A DNA stretch of 64,000 nt. It comes from Pinirhizobacter soli. Lineage in GTDB: Bacteria; Pseudomonadota; Gammaproteobacteria; Xanthomonadales; Rhodanobacteraceae. The stretch is from positions 678,201 through 742,200 of the forward strand of contig NZ_JADZLQ010000003.1 of assembly GCF_015905305.1 (NCBI RefSeq), written 5' to 3'. Of the stretch, positions 38,523 to 48,960 are shown piece by piece (the first letter of the stretch is position 1; each line of letters begins with the position of its first letter). The notes under the pieces were generated by a model that saw nothing but the letters and a program-made list of their open reading frames with translations, did not search any database and was not told where the DNA came from. Made by a program: the position numbers and the translations under genes.

Positions 38523-40225
38523 TTGAGGGCTTTGTAGCGCCAGTAGCCCGGGGGGTAGATCAAGGTGGACGTGGCCGGTTCCGCCGGCTGGTGGCCCTGG
38601 CGGAGGGCGGCCAATGCGGCCGCCTTCCAGATCACCAGGAAGTCGGAGCGGAACGGCTGCACCAGCTGGGCATAACGAAGTTCGTCCGAGTCGAGCTTGG
38701 TGCCATAGGTCACCACCAGGCCATCGGGATGCGCCTTGGCAAAATCGAACAGTTCCTGGCCTTCGCGAAGTCGCGTGACGGGTTGATCCATGCGGCCAGC
38801 GAAGTGGAACTGGCCTTCGTAGTAGGCAAGGTTGCCCACGGCCTTGCCTTCGGCCTGCGCGCGGCCCAGGTACACGGCCGCGGGCGTTAGGTCGAAGCGT
38901 TGCCAGGAGCTGAGCGTGAACAGCGTATTGAGCGCCAGCGTGCCCACCAGTCCGGCGATCGCCAGACGACGGGTTTCGCCACGACCGCGCAGCAACAGCA
39001 GGGCGCCCAGGATGAAATAGACGATGGCGAAGTAGCGGCTGTAATGGGAGAAGTCGACGAACCAGGAATCGTGCGCCTGGCCGCTTTCCACCAGGTTCGG
39101 CAGGATGAACATGCCCGCCGCCACCGCGAACCCGCCCAGCGCCAGCGGCCAGGTGCCCAGGGCGTAGTTGAAGGCAAGGTCCGGACGCTTCTCGCGGAAA
39201 CTCGATACCGCGCCCGCCACCAGCAACGCAAAGCCGGCATATTCCGGCAGAGGGTAATACGGCTGCTTGCCGCTGATCAGCGAGAAGCACACAAATACCG
39301 GCACGATCCAGCACAGCGCGAAGCGCACGCCAGGATCCAGCGGACGGCGCAGGCTTGCCACCGCCGCCCAGGCACGCGGCCAGGCGATGATCGGGAACAG
39401 CAGCGCCGGCAGCCACATGGCGTAGAACCAGAACGGTTCGGCATGGTCGAACGCGTCCACCACGCGGCCGGCCGTCTGGGTGAAGAACAACCGCTGGCGG
39501 TAAGCCTCACCGCCGCTGAAGCCCGCCGGCAGCGCCCAGCACAGCAGGATGGCGAAACCACCCAGCAGGGCGGCCACGCCACGGCCATACCAGCGGCCAC
39601 GGTTCGCTCGCGCCCAATCGTTCCACAACGGACCCAGGAGCCACGGGAACACCACGTGCAGCAGCATCACCGGACCCTTGGTCAAAAGACCCAGGCCAAT
39701 GAACAGCGCGAAGAAAAGCCAGCGCGGCTCGCTGCGATCGGCACGCGGGGTAAGGCATAGCAATGCCGCCAGTACCCACACCGCCAGCAGCACGTCGTAC
39801 ATGATCTGCAGGCCGAAGAAGAAGGCGTAGGCCAGCGACATGAGCAGCCACGGTGCCGCCTTGGCCACCCAGGCGCGGTTCGGGAACAGGCGGTGACCCA
39901 GGACCGACACCAGGATCAACTGGGCGCCGCCGTAGATCACTTCCAGGATGCGCGGCCAGATGTCGTTCACGCCCCACACGAGCCAGCCGGCGTGGATCAT
40001 CCAGAACACCAGCGGCACCTTCTCGCTGTATGGCTCGCCGTTGTTGTGCGGCACCAGCCAGTGGTGCTGGTTCCACATTTCCCAGGCCACGGCCAGCGTG
40101 CGCGTGGAATACATCGGCATCGGGCCATGGGAGAAAATTCCCACCAGCGCCACGAGGGTCCAGACAGGGAGCCACGGCCACAGGGCGCGGAGATGTTCGC
40201 GACGGGAAAAGCTGCTTGGCTGCAA
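38519..40225 (-). CDS. ArnT/PMT-like glycosyltransferase (GT39/GT83), a probable lipid A / LPS-modifying undecaprenyl-sugar transferase.
   Basis: The 568-aa ORF has multiple TM helices, the N-terminal motif region SEKVPLVFWMIHAGW and ArnT-like periplasmic loops. Confidence 0.65.
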   Translation of the reverse strand: MQPSSFSRREHLRALWPWLPVWTLVALVGIFSHGPMPMYSTRTLAVAWEMWNQHHWLVPHNNGEPYSEKVPLVFWMIHAGWLVWGVNDIWPRILEVIYGGAQLILVSVLGHRLFPNRAWVAKAAPWLLMSLAYAFFFGLQIMYDVLLAVWVLAALLCLTPRADRSEPRWLFFALFIGLGLLTKGPVMLLHVVFPWLLGPLWNDWARANRGRWYGRGVAALLGGFAILLCWALPAGFSGGEAYRQRLFFTQTAGRVVDAFDHAEPFWFYAMWLPALLFPIIAWPRAWAAVASLRRPLDPGVRFALCWIVPVFVCFSLISGKQPYYPLPEYAGFALLVAGAVSSFREKRPDLAFNYALGTWPLALGGFAVAAGMFILPNLVESGQAHDSWFVDFSHYSRYFAIVYFILGALLLLRGRGETRRLAIAGLVGTLALNTLFTLSSWQRFDLTPAAVYLGRAQAEGKAVGNLAYYEGQFHFAGRMDQPVTRLREGQELFDFAKAHPDGLVVTYGTKLDSDELRYAQLVQPFRSDFLVIWKAAALAALRQGHQPAEPATSTLIYPPGYWRYKALK

Positions 40226-40260
40226 GGGCGGGAGTCCGCTCGTGGTGGATGGCCGGGATT

Positions 40261-41325
40261 CTACCCCGCGGGAGTGGAATCCACGTGGCCGACCAGTTCC
40301 TGGATGTCCCGCCAGGCCTTGTAGCGGCGCACCAGGTTCAAGGGCTTGCGCTTCAGGGCCCCAAGTTCGCCCCGATGGAAGGCGTCCACCGCGTCCAGCA
40401 TGCGCTCGGACGAGCGTCCATCACGCCAGGGATGGATGGCATCGGCGTGGTCGCGCACGGCCTGCATCAGGGCTTCCGGACGCGACAAGGCGGTAGTGAT
40501 GGCGCCGTCGATCTCGCCTGGATCCTGCACGTCGAGCATGAACGGCTTGGGCAGGCGGTTGCGCACCGTCACCACCGGTTTGAGCTGCACGGCGAATTCG
40601 TGCAGCACCGACGAGGTATCGCATAGCAATACGTCGGCGGCCCGCTGCATGTCCATCAACCGCCCGGATTCCTCGAATCGGGCATGCGGTCCGGCCAGGC
40701 TGCGATAGGCCTCGAAGAGCTCGGGCGGGCACTTCGGGTGCAGGGTAAGCAGCCAATAGCGGTCACCGCGGGCCACCAGCTGGCGGAGCGTATCCAGCAC
40801 GAGCGGCGCGCAGCTCAAGCGATGGCTGAAGGTCGAGGCAAACATCACCACCGGGCGGCCATCGTGCGGATTCAGGTCCGCCGACGGTGCGGCCGGTTTG
40901 AACAGCGGATCAAGCTTGGGCCAGCCGGTTTCACGCACGGCGAAATAGCCATGCTCGCGAGCGAGCTGTTCGAACGGCGCGGTGGTGGCGGGGCCTTGCG
41001 TCAGGTACAGGTCGAAAAATCCCCGCAGGGCGAAATGACCGCGGCCGGGGTCACGTTTCTCGGCGTTGAACCCATGGAACACCTGCACCTTGGTGCCCGG
41101 CAGGCGCGGCGATACCCAGTTGGCCGCGCAAAACACCGCCTGGGCGCCGCTGGCTTCGACGGCGCGCCAGGTGGCAAGCCTGCGTTCGTCCGGCGCCAGC
41201 TGGGCGGCCACGCGGTCGGTGACGATCCAGCCCACCTCGTGCCCGCGCGCCAGCGCTGCCGCAGCCAGCGGCCGCAGGATCGGCAGGGCATAGAGCTCGG
41301 TGGCGAGCATCAGGCTGGTGGGCAC
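40261..41325 (-). CDS. Putative LPS/polysaccharide biosynthesis protein, glycosyltransferase-like.
   Basis: The 354-aa ORF shows a Rossmann-like pattern (VFCAANWVSPRLPG ... VVMFASTFSH ... LLCDTSSVLHE). It sits between GT genes, and the family is not resolved. Confidence 0.4.
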   Translation of the reverse strand: MPTSLMLATELYALPILRPLAAAALARGHEVGWIVTDRVAAQLAPDERRLATWRAVEASGAQAVFCAANWVSPRLPGTKVQVFHGFNAEKRDPGRGHFALRGFFDLYLTQGPATTAPFEQLAREHGYFAVRETGWPKLDPLFKPAAPSADLNPHDGRPVVMFASTFSHRLSCAPLVLDTLRQLVARGDRYWLLTLHPKCPPELFEAYRSLAGPHARFEESGRLMDMQRAADVLLCDTSSVLHEFAVQLKPVVTVRNRLPKPFMLDVQDPGEIDGAITTALSRPEALMQAVRDHADAIHPWRDGRSSERMLDAVDAFHRGELGALKRKPLNLVRRYKAWRDIQELVGHVDSTPAG

Positions 41326-41393
41326 GTTCGATCAGGTCCGGTCGCGGCGAAGCTGGCATTATGCGCGATGCCCATGGCCCGACCATCGCATCG

Positions 41394-42161
41394 ATGACCA
41401 ACATCCCGCTGTCCGCCTGCATCATCACTTTCAACGAAGCCGACCGCATCGGGGCGTGCCTGGATTCGCTCGCCTTCTGCGACGACATCGTAGTGGTGGA
41501 TTCCGGTTCCACCGACGGCACCGCCGACCTTGCCCGCGCCCGCGGCGCGCGCGTGATCGACCGCGCCTTCACAGGATTTCGTTCGCAGAAGGATTTCGCC
41601 GTATCGCAGGCCCGGCACGACTGGGTGCTGTGCCTGGACGCCGATGAACGCGTCGATGCAACCTTGCGCCAGGCGATCCAAACCGCCCACGCGAAGGGTT
41701 TCCCCGGCATGGCGGGCTATCGCTTTGCCCGCCTGTCGGAATATTTCGGCAAGTTCCTCCGCCACGGCAATGCCTACCCCGATCGCGTGCTGCGTCTGTT
41801 CGATCGCAGGCAGGGCGGATGGCGCGGAAAACGGGAGATCCATGAGGCTGTAAGCGTTGATGGCGCCATCGGCCGGCTGCCCGGAAACCTCGAGCACCAC
41901 CCCTATCGCTCGCTCGCTGAACAGCTGGGAAAACAGGAGCGCTACGCCCAGATGATGGCCGAACACTTGTTTGCGGCAGGAAAACGCGCCAATGTAGGGC
42001 AAATCCTGTTCAGTCCCGCGTGGCGTTTCCTGAGGGGTTACGTTTTTCGCGCAGGATTCCTCGATGGCTGGCGCGGGCTTTTGTACGCGCTGGTGAGAAT
42101 CGAATACGTACGACGCAAGTTCGTAAAGTTGTGGCTGCTGCAACACGGATACCGGCCTTAA
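41394..42161 (+). CDS. Family-2 glycosyltransferase (LPS core type).
   Basis: From M12 the translation is MTNIPLSACIITFNEADRI...VVVDSGSTDGT...LCLDADE, a GT2 DxD architecture. Confidence 0.7.
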   Translation: MTNIPLSACIITFNEADRIGACLDSLAFCDDIVVVDSGSTDGTADLARARGARVIDRAFTGFRSQKDFAVSQARHDWVLCLDADERVDATLRQAIQTAHAKGFPGMAGYRFARLSEYFGKFLRHGNAYPDRVLRLFDRRQGGWRGKREIHEAVSVDGAIGRLPGNLEHHPYRSLAEQLGKQERYAQMMAEHLFAAGKRANVGQILFSPAWRFLRGYVFRAGFLDGWRGLLYALVRIEYVRRKFVKLWLLQHGYRP

Positions 42162-42268
42162 GAGTTGGGGAAAGCCGGATGAATGCAGCCAGGGGCACCA
42201 TGGACGAGAAAACCTAAGATCAATTTCCCGGCCGCGTGCCGGTTTTCGTTTCCCGGGCGGGTCAAGGC

Positions 42269-43174
42269 ATGAGCGAAGCAACCATAAGCATCGTAGTGCT
42301 GACATATAACTGGGCTTCGGCCCTTTCGCTGGTGCTTGAGTCTTTGCGCCGGCAAACCCTCATGCCCGATGAGATCATCGTGGCCGACGACGGCTCCAAT
42401 GACGACACCGCCGGGCTGATCGCGTCGCAGGCGCCGGAGTTCAGCATTCCGCTGCGCCATGTGTGGCAGGAAGACCTGGGCTTCCGTGCCGCGCGGGCGC
42501 GGAACCGCGGCATCGTGGCGGCCAAAGGCGATTACATTATTCTCATCGACGGGGATATGGTGCTGCACCCCCATTTCATCGCCGATCACATGCGTTTCGC
42601 CCAGCCGGGCTTCTACCTGCAGGGCGGCCGCCTGTGCGTGACGGCGCGCGAGACCACGCGATTGCTTGCCGGTGGTAGCGCCCATTACCACCCGCTGGTG
42701 GATGGCGACTTCCGCCGCAGCAGCGGCTCACGGCGCCTGTATGCCCTGCGCCATCCCTGGCTTGCCGCCTTCAAGGCGCGGGCACGGCGCGGCGGGCGGG
42801 TCATGAGCTGCAACATGAGTTTCTGGAAGGATGACCTCATGGCCGTCAACGGCTTCGATGAGCGCATGGAGGGCTATGGCAGCGAAGACTTGGAACTGGC
42901 CGCTCGCCTGGACAACCTCGGCCGCCAACGCAGGCAGCTGAAATTCGCGGCCCTCGCTGTACACCTGGACCATCCATCGCGGGCACCGGCCGACCCGAAC
43001 GATATGTCCATGCCCAATAACCAGATCCTCGCGCAGACGCGGGCCCAAGGCACGATACGGGCGTTGCGCGGCCTGGATACCCATATCGAGGAAGCCGCCG
43101 ACGCCGTCATCCAGCTCGATGGCATGCGCGCGGAGCGATACGAACCGCTGCGCGCGTCGGTCGCGGTCGGCTAG
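42269..43174 (+). CDS. Family-2 glycosyltransferase.
   Basis: From M12 the translation is MSEATISIVVLTYNWASAL...IIVADDGSNDDT...ILIDGDM. Confidence 0.7.
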   Translation: MSEATISIVVLTYNWASALSLVLESLRRQTLMPDEIIVADDGSNDDTAGLIASQAPEFSIPLRHVWQEDLGFRAARARNRGIVAAKGDYIILIDGDMVLHPHFIADHMRFAQPGFYLQGGRLCVTARETTRLLAGGSAHYHPLVDGDFRRSSGSRRLYALRHPWLAAFKARARRGGRVMSCNMSFWKDDLMAVNGFDERMEGYGSEDLELAARLDNLGRQRRQLKFAALAVHLDHPSRAPADPNDMSMPNNQILAQTRAQGTIRALRGLDTHIEEAADAVIQLDGMRAERYEPLRASVAVG

Positions 43175-44163
43175 AGGGTCACGCCAGCCAGCGCTTGGCT
43201 CAGGCGTTCGCCGAACCCGGCCTTGTTCTGCGCGAACCACGCGCGTGCCGCTCCACCAAGCCGTGCGATCTCGTCGTCGCCCATCGTCATGGCACGCGCC
43301 ATGCAGCTGGCCAATGCGGGTTTGTCGAAGTCGTACAGCGTGGCCAGGGCATGCATGTCGCCGGCGGTGGCGGCGGTTAGAAGGCCGCGTTCGGATGTCA
43401 CCAGTTCGTTCATCGGCGGCGCGTCCACGGTAATCACCACGGCGCCCACGCTCATCGCCTCGGTGATGTAGTGGCCATAGCCTTCGGTACGCGAAGTGCA
43501 CAGGTGGAACAGGTGCGCGTTCTGCAGGCGCTGCAACTCCGACTCTTCGCAGTAGCCGGCAAGTACGCGGATATTGGGCGCCTGCGGATCTTTCGGTCCC
43601 GGCTTGTTGCGCACCACGGTTAGCGTGGGCCAGTGCGGGTTGGCGGCCCATTCGTGCATCAGTCGCAGCGTTCCCTTGAGCGGGCTGGCCCCGGCCAGGT
43701 GGAAGAACGCTCGTTCTCGCGGTACGGAAGGATCCATGCGATCGCGGCTATCGAAACCGATAAAACGCGTCGGACGGCCGAACGGTGCGAACAGGTCGCC
43801 GGCATGACGGGTCTTGGTCCATACCTGGTCCACCCATGGAAGGTGGCGTACGTCCTTGTTGTCGAACCATTCCGGATGGGGCAGCACGATGTTCTTCCGG
43901 GCCATGCCCATTTGCGCTGGCCATACGTGCTCGAACATCAGGTTCATGTCGACCTGGCCGCCTCGCGGGCGCCGGTGCCACCGGGCCATCAGACGCGATC
44001 GCAGGCGCTTGTCGCCCAGGCGCCAGCGTTCGTGTTCGGCGGCCTCGCCCAATGAAATCACGGTGACATGGCAGCCGAGCTCGGTCAGTGCGCCACGCAA
44101 GGTGGCGATCTCGCCGGAAAGGCCGAAACCGTTGTCGCGGGCGACGATGCGCACGGTGGTCAT
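43171..44163 (-). CDS. GT4-like glycosyltransferase, paralog 1 of 3 in tandem.
   Basis: From M26 the translation is MTTVRIVARDNGFGLSGE...TSRTEGYGHYITEAMSVGAVVITVDAPPMNELV, with an EX7E-like GT4 motif. Confidence 0.55.
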   Translation of the reverse strand: MTTVRIVARDNGFGLSGEIATLRGALTELGCHVTVISLGEAAEHERWRLGDKRLRSRLMARWHRRPRGGQVDMNLMFEHVWPAQMGMARKNIVLPHPEWFDNKDVRHLPWVDQVWTKTRHAGDLFAPFGRPTRFIGFDSRDRMDPSVPRERAFFHLAGASPLKGTLRLMHEWAANPHWPTLTVVRNKPGPKDPQAPNIRVLAGYCEESELQRLQNAHLFHLCTSRTEGYGHYITEAMSVGAVVITVDAPPMNELVTSERGLLTAATAGDMHALATLYDFDKPALASCMARAMTMGDDEIARLGGAARAWFAQNKAGFGERLSQALAGVTL

Positions 44164-45179
44164 GGCGGCTTGGCCATCAGGTTGTCCAGGGCGTGTCGGA
44201 AGCGTTCGAGGAAACCGCGGCGGTTGTCGTCGTACCATGCGCGCCCCGCCGTGCCAAGGCGCGTGGCTTGCGCATCGTCCATGGCGATGCAGCGTTCGAT
44301 CGCTGCTTCCATCGCGGCATCGTCGAAATCGAACAGCGTGGCGAGGTCCTGCGTGCCCACCGCATGGGCCGCTACCAACACGCCGCGCCCGGCGGTGACC
44401 AGCTCGTTCATCGGTTCGGCATCCGTAGTGATCACCACGTTGCCGGTGCTCACCGATTCAGCCAGGTAATGGCCGTAGCCCTCGGTTTGCGAGGGGCAAA
44501 GATGGAACAGGATGTCGTTCTGCAGAGCCAGCAGTTCATCCTGCGGCACGTAGTGGGTGAGCCAGGTGACGTTTGCCGGCACTGTCGGTGGGTGTTCGAG
44601 CTTGCGGCGCCATACCAGGGTGAGCCTGGGCCATTCCGGATGCCGGTTCCACAGCATGAGCAGGCGCTCGCTGCCCTTGTTGCCGCTGACACCTGGCGCA
44701 TGCAGGAATTCCCGGCGACGGTACTGTTCACCCACGCGGCGATGGTCGGCGCCGAGAAAACCCACCCATTGGGTGTCGCAGCCCAGTTCGCCGAACAGGC
44801 GTTCGGCGTGGCGTGTTTTGGCCAGCACCCGGTCGATGCCAGGCAAGGCGCGCCGGGAGGCCTGATTGAACCATTCCGGGTGGGGCAGCAACACATTGCG
44901 ACGCGCCTGCCCGAGATACTCAGGCCGTACCTGCTCGATCATCAGGTTCAGGTCGAAGCGGGCGTTGCCCTCACCACGCAGCCATCCGCCGGCCAGTCGC
45001 GACAGGCGCACGCCCAACCGGTGCAGGCGATGCGACAGACGACCATGGTTACCGAGTTTTAGCACCACCACGCGGTAGCCGAAATCTTTCAGGATGCCTT
45101 CGAGCAGGCGCAGGTCGCGCGAAAGACCGGCACCGTTGTCGCGCGCGATCAACTGCACCCGGCGTTTAGTCGAGCCCAT
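44160..45179 (-). CDS. GT4-like glycosyltransferase, paralog 2.
   Basis: From M10 the translation is MGSTKRRVQLIARDNGAGLSRD...PSQTEGYGHYLAESVSTGNVVITTDAEPMNELV. Confidence 0.55.
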   Translation of the reverse strand: MGSTKRRVQLIARDNGAGLSRDLRLLEGILKDFGYRVVVLKLGNHGRLSHRLHRLGVRLSRLAGGWLRGEGNARFDLNLMIEQVRPEYLGQARRNVLLPHPEWFNQASRRALPGIDRVLAKTRHAERLFGELGCDTQWVGFLGADHRRVGEQYRRREFLHAPGVSGNKGSERLLMLWNRHPEWPRLTLVWRRKLEHPPTVPANVTWLTHYVPQDELLALQNDILFHLCPSQTEGYGHYLAESVSTGNVVITTDAEPMNELVTAGRGVLVAAHAVGTQDLATLFDFDDAAMEAAIERCIAMDDAQATRLGTAGRAWYDDNRRGFLERFRHALDNLMAKPP

Positions 45180-46164
45180 GCAGGGCCTCGAGAAGGCGGG
45201 TGGCAAAATCGCGGCGATTGTCTTCGAACCATGTCCGGGCGGCCCGGCCCAACTGCGTCACTTCCGCTGGTTCCATCGACAAGCAGTGTTCGATGGCCTG
45301 GCGCATGGCCTCCGGCTCGTAGTCGTAGAGCGTGGCCAGGGCTTGCTTTCCTGCGGGATGGGCCTTCACCAACACGCCGCGTTCGGGGGTCACCAGTTCG
45401 TTCATCGGCTCGGCGTCCGTGGTGATGGTGACGGCGCCGGCACCCAGCGCTTCGGCAAGGTAATGGCCATAGCCCTCGGTGCGCGACGGGCACAGATGGA
45501 AGCGCAAGGTGTTCTGCAACCGTAGCAGTTCGTCGTCAGGCACATATTCCCGGTGCCAGATGACATTGGCCGGGAGCGGATCGATGTCCACGCGCTTGCG
45601 CCGCCAGATGAGGGTAAGCATCGGCCAGTGCGGGTTCGCCGCCCAAAGCCCAAGCAGCGCGTGGCTGCCCTTGTTGCCGCTGCGGCCGGGCGCATGGAGG
45701 AATCCGGCGCGGGGCGCCACCAGGCCGGGGCGGTAACGGTCTGGTGCCACGAAGCCCACGTAACGCGTGCGGCAGCCCAGTTCGCCAAAGATCCGTTCGG
45801 CGTGGCGGGTCTTGGCCAGCACCAGGGAAAACGCCGGCAGAAACGGTTTCCAGTCGTCGTTGAACCACTCGGGGTTGGGTACCAGCACCTCGTGGCGCGC
45901 GCTGCCGAAGAATTCCGGGCGTACCCGCTCGAGCATCAGGTTGATGTCGAAGCGGGGGCGCAGCTTCAGTCGCCGCCTGAGCTTCGCCTTCATCATGCGC
46001 AGTGCCGTGCCGATGCGGCCGCGGTGGCCGAGCGCCCGCACCGTCACCTGGCAGCCAGAGGCTTCGAGCACCTCGGCAAGCACGGCGAGGTCGCGCGTCA
46101 GCCCCGCGCCGTTGTCGCGGGCGATCAGTTGGATCTTCAAGCGGTCTGGAGCGGACTGGACCAT
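45166..46164 (-). CDS. GT4-like glycosyltransferase, paralog 3.
   Basis: The translation is MVQSAPDRLKIQLIARDNGAGLTRD...PSRTEGYGHYLAEALGAGAVTITTDAEPMNELV. Confidence 0.55.
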   Translation of the reverse strand: MVQSAPDRLKIQLIARDNGAGLTRDLAVLAEVLEASGCQVTVRALGHRGRIGTALRMMKAKLRRRLKLRPRFDINLMLERVRPEFFGSARHEVLVPNPEWFNDDWKPFLPAFSLVLAKTRHAERIFGELGCRTRYVGFVAPDRYRPGLVAPRAGFLHAPGRSGNKGSHALLGLWAANPHWPMLTLIWRRKRVDIDPLPANVIWHREYVPDDELLRLQNTLRFHLCPSRTEGYGHYLAEALGAGAVTITTDAEPMNELVTPERGVLVKAHPAGKQALATLYDYEPEAMRQAIEHCLSMEPAEVTQLGRAARTWFEDNRRDFATRLLEALHGLD

Positions 46165-46179
46165 CGGGCGCCTGGCCCG

Positions 46180-47502
46180 TCAGTCGGGCACCTTGGTAAG
46201 CGCTGCATAGTACATGCCGTCGAGGTCGCCATCGCCGGGAAGAATTTGCCACCCCGCCCCGGCCGGCCGGCCATCGGCAAGCGACAGGGGCACGATGCGT
46301 GCGTCGGGCGTGTCGCGCAGGAAATCGCCGATCACCGCTTCGTTCTCGGCGCGCAGGAGCGAACAGGTGGCGTAGACCAGGCGGCCGCCGGGGGACAGCA
46401 GCGGCCAGCACGCCGCCAAGATGCGCCGCTGCTGCAAACCCAGTGTGGCGATGTCCGAAGGGCGGCGGTGCAGCCGTACGTCGGGCCGGCGCCGGATGAC
46501 GCCGCTGGCCGAGCACGGTGCATCGATCAGGATGCGGTCGAACGGTTTGCCGTCCCACCATGTCGCCGGCTCGCCGGCATCGCCGGCAAGTACCTGCGCG
46601 GCCAGCCCCAGCCGTGTCAGATTTTGTTCGATCCGCGGCACGCGGTGGATGTCGTGCTCGACGGCGACCAAGGTGACGTCGGCGCGTTCGAGTACGTGGC
46701 AGGCCTTGCCACCGGGGGCCGCGCAGGCATCGAGTACGCGCTGGCCGTCGGCAAGGTCCAGCACATCGGCGGCGATCTGCGCTGCACCATCCTGAACTGC
46801 GAACAGGCCTTCGTCGAAACCGGGCAGGCGGGTCACGTCGGTGCTGTGCGGCAACACGATGGCGTCGGCAAGCCAGGAGTGGGCGTGGGCCTCATGGGCG
46901 TCGCCCACCAGCGCCTGGATCACTGCCTCGCGCTGGGCGCGGCGGCGGTTTACCCGGAGCATCAGCGGGGGTTCGAGATTGGCAATGTCGAGCACCGCCA
47001 CGGCTTGGTCGGGCCAATCGGCCTGGATGGCCTGGACCAGCCAGGCCGGATGCGAACTGCGCGTGGCCGGGTCTTCATCCAGGCGCGCCAGCAAGGCTAC
47101 GCGTTCGCGCTGCCAACGCCGTAGCACGGCATTGACGAGATTGGCGTGGCGCGGGCGATGCAGCGCGCGAGCGGCCTCCACCGTGGCCGCCACCGCGGCA
47201 TACGGCGCCATCTCCAGCACTTCGAGCTGGACCAGGCCGATCACCATCAGGGCGTGGACCGCCGGTTCGTTTTGTCGCAACGGGCGTTCGAGCAGGATGT
47301 CGAGCGCGGCATCGAAGCGGATCCACCAACGCGCGCCTTCGTTGAGCAGGGCGGTCAGCAGGGCGCGGTCGCGACTGTCGGGCAGGGCCCGGGTGTGGCG
47401 ATCGAGTGCATCACGCAACGACTTGCCATGCAGGGCGACCTCGGCGAGGGCCAGCGCCGCCAGGGCACGGGTGTCGGTAGGCGTGGGCGGCTTGCGCGCC
47501 AT
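46180..47502 (-). CDS. rsmB: 16S rRNA m5C967 methyltransferase RsmB (Sun).
   Basis: The ORF carries an NusB-like N-terminus, the SAM motifs VLDACAAPGGKA and DRILIDAPCSASGVIRRRPD, and the catalytic TCS. Confidence 0.85.
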   Translation of the reverse strand: MARKPPTPTDTRALAALALAEVALHGKSLRDALDRHTRALPDSRDRALLTALLNEGARWWIRFDAALDILLERPLRQNEPAVHALMVIGLVQLEVLEMAPYAAVAATVEAARALHRPRHANLVNAVLRRWQRERVALLARLDEDPATRSSHPAWLVQAIQADWPDQAVAVLDIANLEPPLMLRVNRRRAQREAVIQALVGDAHEAHAHSWLADAIVLPHSTDVTRLPGFDEGLFAVQDGAAQIAADVLDLADGQRVLDACAAPGGKACHVLERADVTLVAVEHDIHRVPRIEQNLTRLGLAAQVLAGDAGEPATWWDGKPFDRILIDAPCSASGVIRRRPDVRLHRRPSDIATLGLQQRRILAACWPLLSPGGRLVYATCSLLRAENEAVIGDFLRDTPDARIVPLSLADGRPAGAGWQILPGDGDLDGMYYAALTKVPD

Positions 47503-47506
47503 GGCT

Positions 47507-48445
47507 CTAAGGTGTCCGCAGTTCGGTGCGTGCGTTTAGATAATCCGCCGCCGCGATGCGGCGGCCGCCGGCGCGTTGCACGGAGGTGATGCGCAACATG
47601 CCCTCGCCGCTGGCAAGGTCGATGCCCTGGCGCGAGGCATTGACGACGCTTCCCGGCGCGGTGTCACCGGCCCATGGCATGGCCCGCGCATCCCACACGC
47701 GCACGCGCTCGCCTGCAATGTCCGCTTCGGCCACGGGCCATGGATCGAAGGCACGTACCTTGCGTTCCAGGTCGAGCGCCGGGAGGTTGAAATCGAGCAG
47801 CGCTTCAGCCTTGTCCAGCTTATGAGCGTAGGTGGCGCCTTCAGCAGGTTGTGGCGTGGGCGTGAGTACTTCACCGGCCATCACACGCGCCAATCCTTCG
47901 GCAAGCGCTTCGGCCCCTAGCTCCGCCAGGCGGTCGTGCACACTGCCGCCGGTGTCGTCGCGGGTGATCGGGGTGCTACGGCGAATCAGCGTGGGGCCGG
48001 TATCCAGGCCCGCTTCCATCTGCATCAGGTCGACGCCGGTTTCCCGGTCGCCCGCCAGTACGGCGCGCTGGATCGGAGCCGCGCCGCGCCACCGTGGCAG
48101 CAGCGAGCCGTGCACGTTCCAGCAACCCAGGCGCGGGATCGCCAGCACCTTGCGCGGCAGGATCAGCCCATAGGCCACCACCACCATGAGGTCCGGCTGG
48201 TAAGCGGCCAGATGCGCGCGCACCTGGTCGTCTTTCAACGACTCTGGCTGCTCCACCGTGATGCCGGCATCGAGCGCTGCCATCTTCACCGGGCTGGGAC
48301 TGAGCTTGCGTCCGCGTCCGGCCGGGCGGTCTGGCTGCGTGTAGACGGCCAGCAACTGCGCGCCGCTGGCAAGGCACGCGGCAAGGCAGGGTACGGCGAA
48401 GTCCGGGGTGCCGGCGAAAACGATCCGAAGCGGCTGGGCAGGCAC
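47507..48445 (-). CDS. fmt: Methionyl-tRNA formyltransferase.
   Basis: The GTG start at 48445 gives [18 protein letters not shown]...[17 protein letters not shown]. The upstream 220 codons of the track ORF (47507-49105) are an antisense/def-overlap artifact. Confidence 0.9.
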   Translation of the reverse strand: MPAQPLRIVFAGTPDFAVPCLAACLASGAQLLAVYTQPDRPAGRGRKLSPSPVKMAALDAGITVEQPESLKDDQVRAHLAAYQPDLMVVVAYGLILPRKVLAIPRLGCWNVHGSLLPRWRGAAPIQRAVLAGDRETGVDLMQMEAGLDTGPTLIRRSTPITRDDTGGSVHDRLAELGAEALAEGLARVMAGEVLTPTPQPAEGATYAHKLDKAEALLDFNLPALDLERKVRAFDPWPVAEADIAGERVRVWDARAMPWAGDTAPGSVVNASRQGIDLASGEGMLRITSVQRAGGRRIAAADYLNARTELRTP

Positions 48446-48447
48446 CG

Positions 48448-48960
48448 TCAGCTCGCCTGGCGGCGCTGTTTCTCCATGCGCTTGAGCAGCAAGCTGCGCT
48501 TGAGCGGCGAGAGATGATCGACGAAGACCTTGCCGGCCAGGTGGTCCATCTCGTGCTGGATGCAAACCGCCAGCGGACCTTCGGCCTCGACGATGAACTC
48601 GGCGCCGGTGACATCCTGGGCGCGCACCTTCACCTTCAGCGCGCGGGTGACGTCGGCATAGATGCCCGGGAACGACAGGCAGCCTTCCTGGTACACCTGG
48701 GAGCCTTCTTTCTCGAGGATCTCCGGGTTGATCAGGCAAAGGCGCTCGTTGCGATCGGCGCTCATGTCGGCCACCAGTACGCGCTTGTGCACGTTCACCT
48801 GGGTCGCGGCCAGGCCTACCCCGTCCGATTCGTACATCGTCTGGTACATGTCCTGGACGAAGGTGGCCAGTTCCCCGTCGAACACGGTGACAGGTTCCGC
48901 AACGGTGCGCAGGCGCGGATCGGGGTATTCGATGATGGTCAGGACGGACACGAAGGGCAC
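48448..48960 (-). CDS. def: Peptide deformylase.
   Basis: Motifs [17 protein letters not shown] and QHEMDHLAG are present. Confidence 0.9.
   Translation of the reverse strand: MPFVSVLTIIEYPDPRLRTVAEPVTVFDGELATFVQDMYQTMYESDGVGLAATQVNVHKRVLVADMSADRNERLCLINPEILEKEGSQVYQEGCLSFPGIYADVTRALKVKVRAQDVTGAEFIVEAEGPLAVCIQHEMDHLAGKVFVDHLSPLKRSLLLKRMEKQRRQAS

Noticed and set aside
38211-39416. The 401-aa minus-strand ORF.
   Set aside because: Only the last 103 codons are non-overlapping with the GT39 gene, which occupies another frame of the same strand. The upstream 298 codons are a frame artifact.
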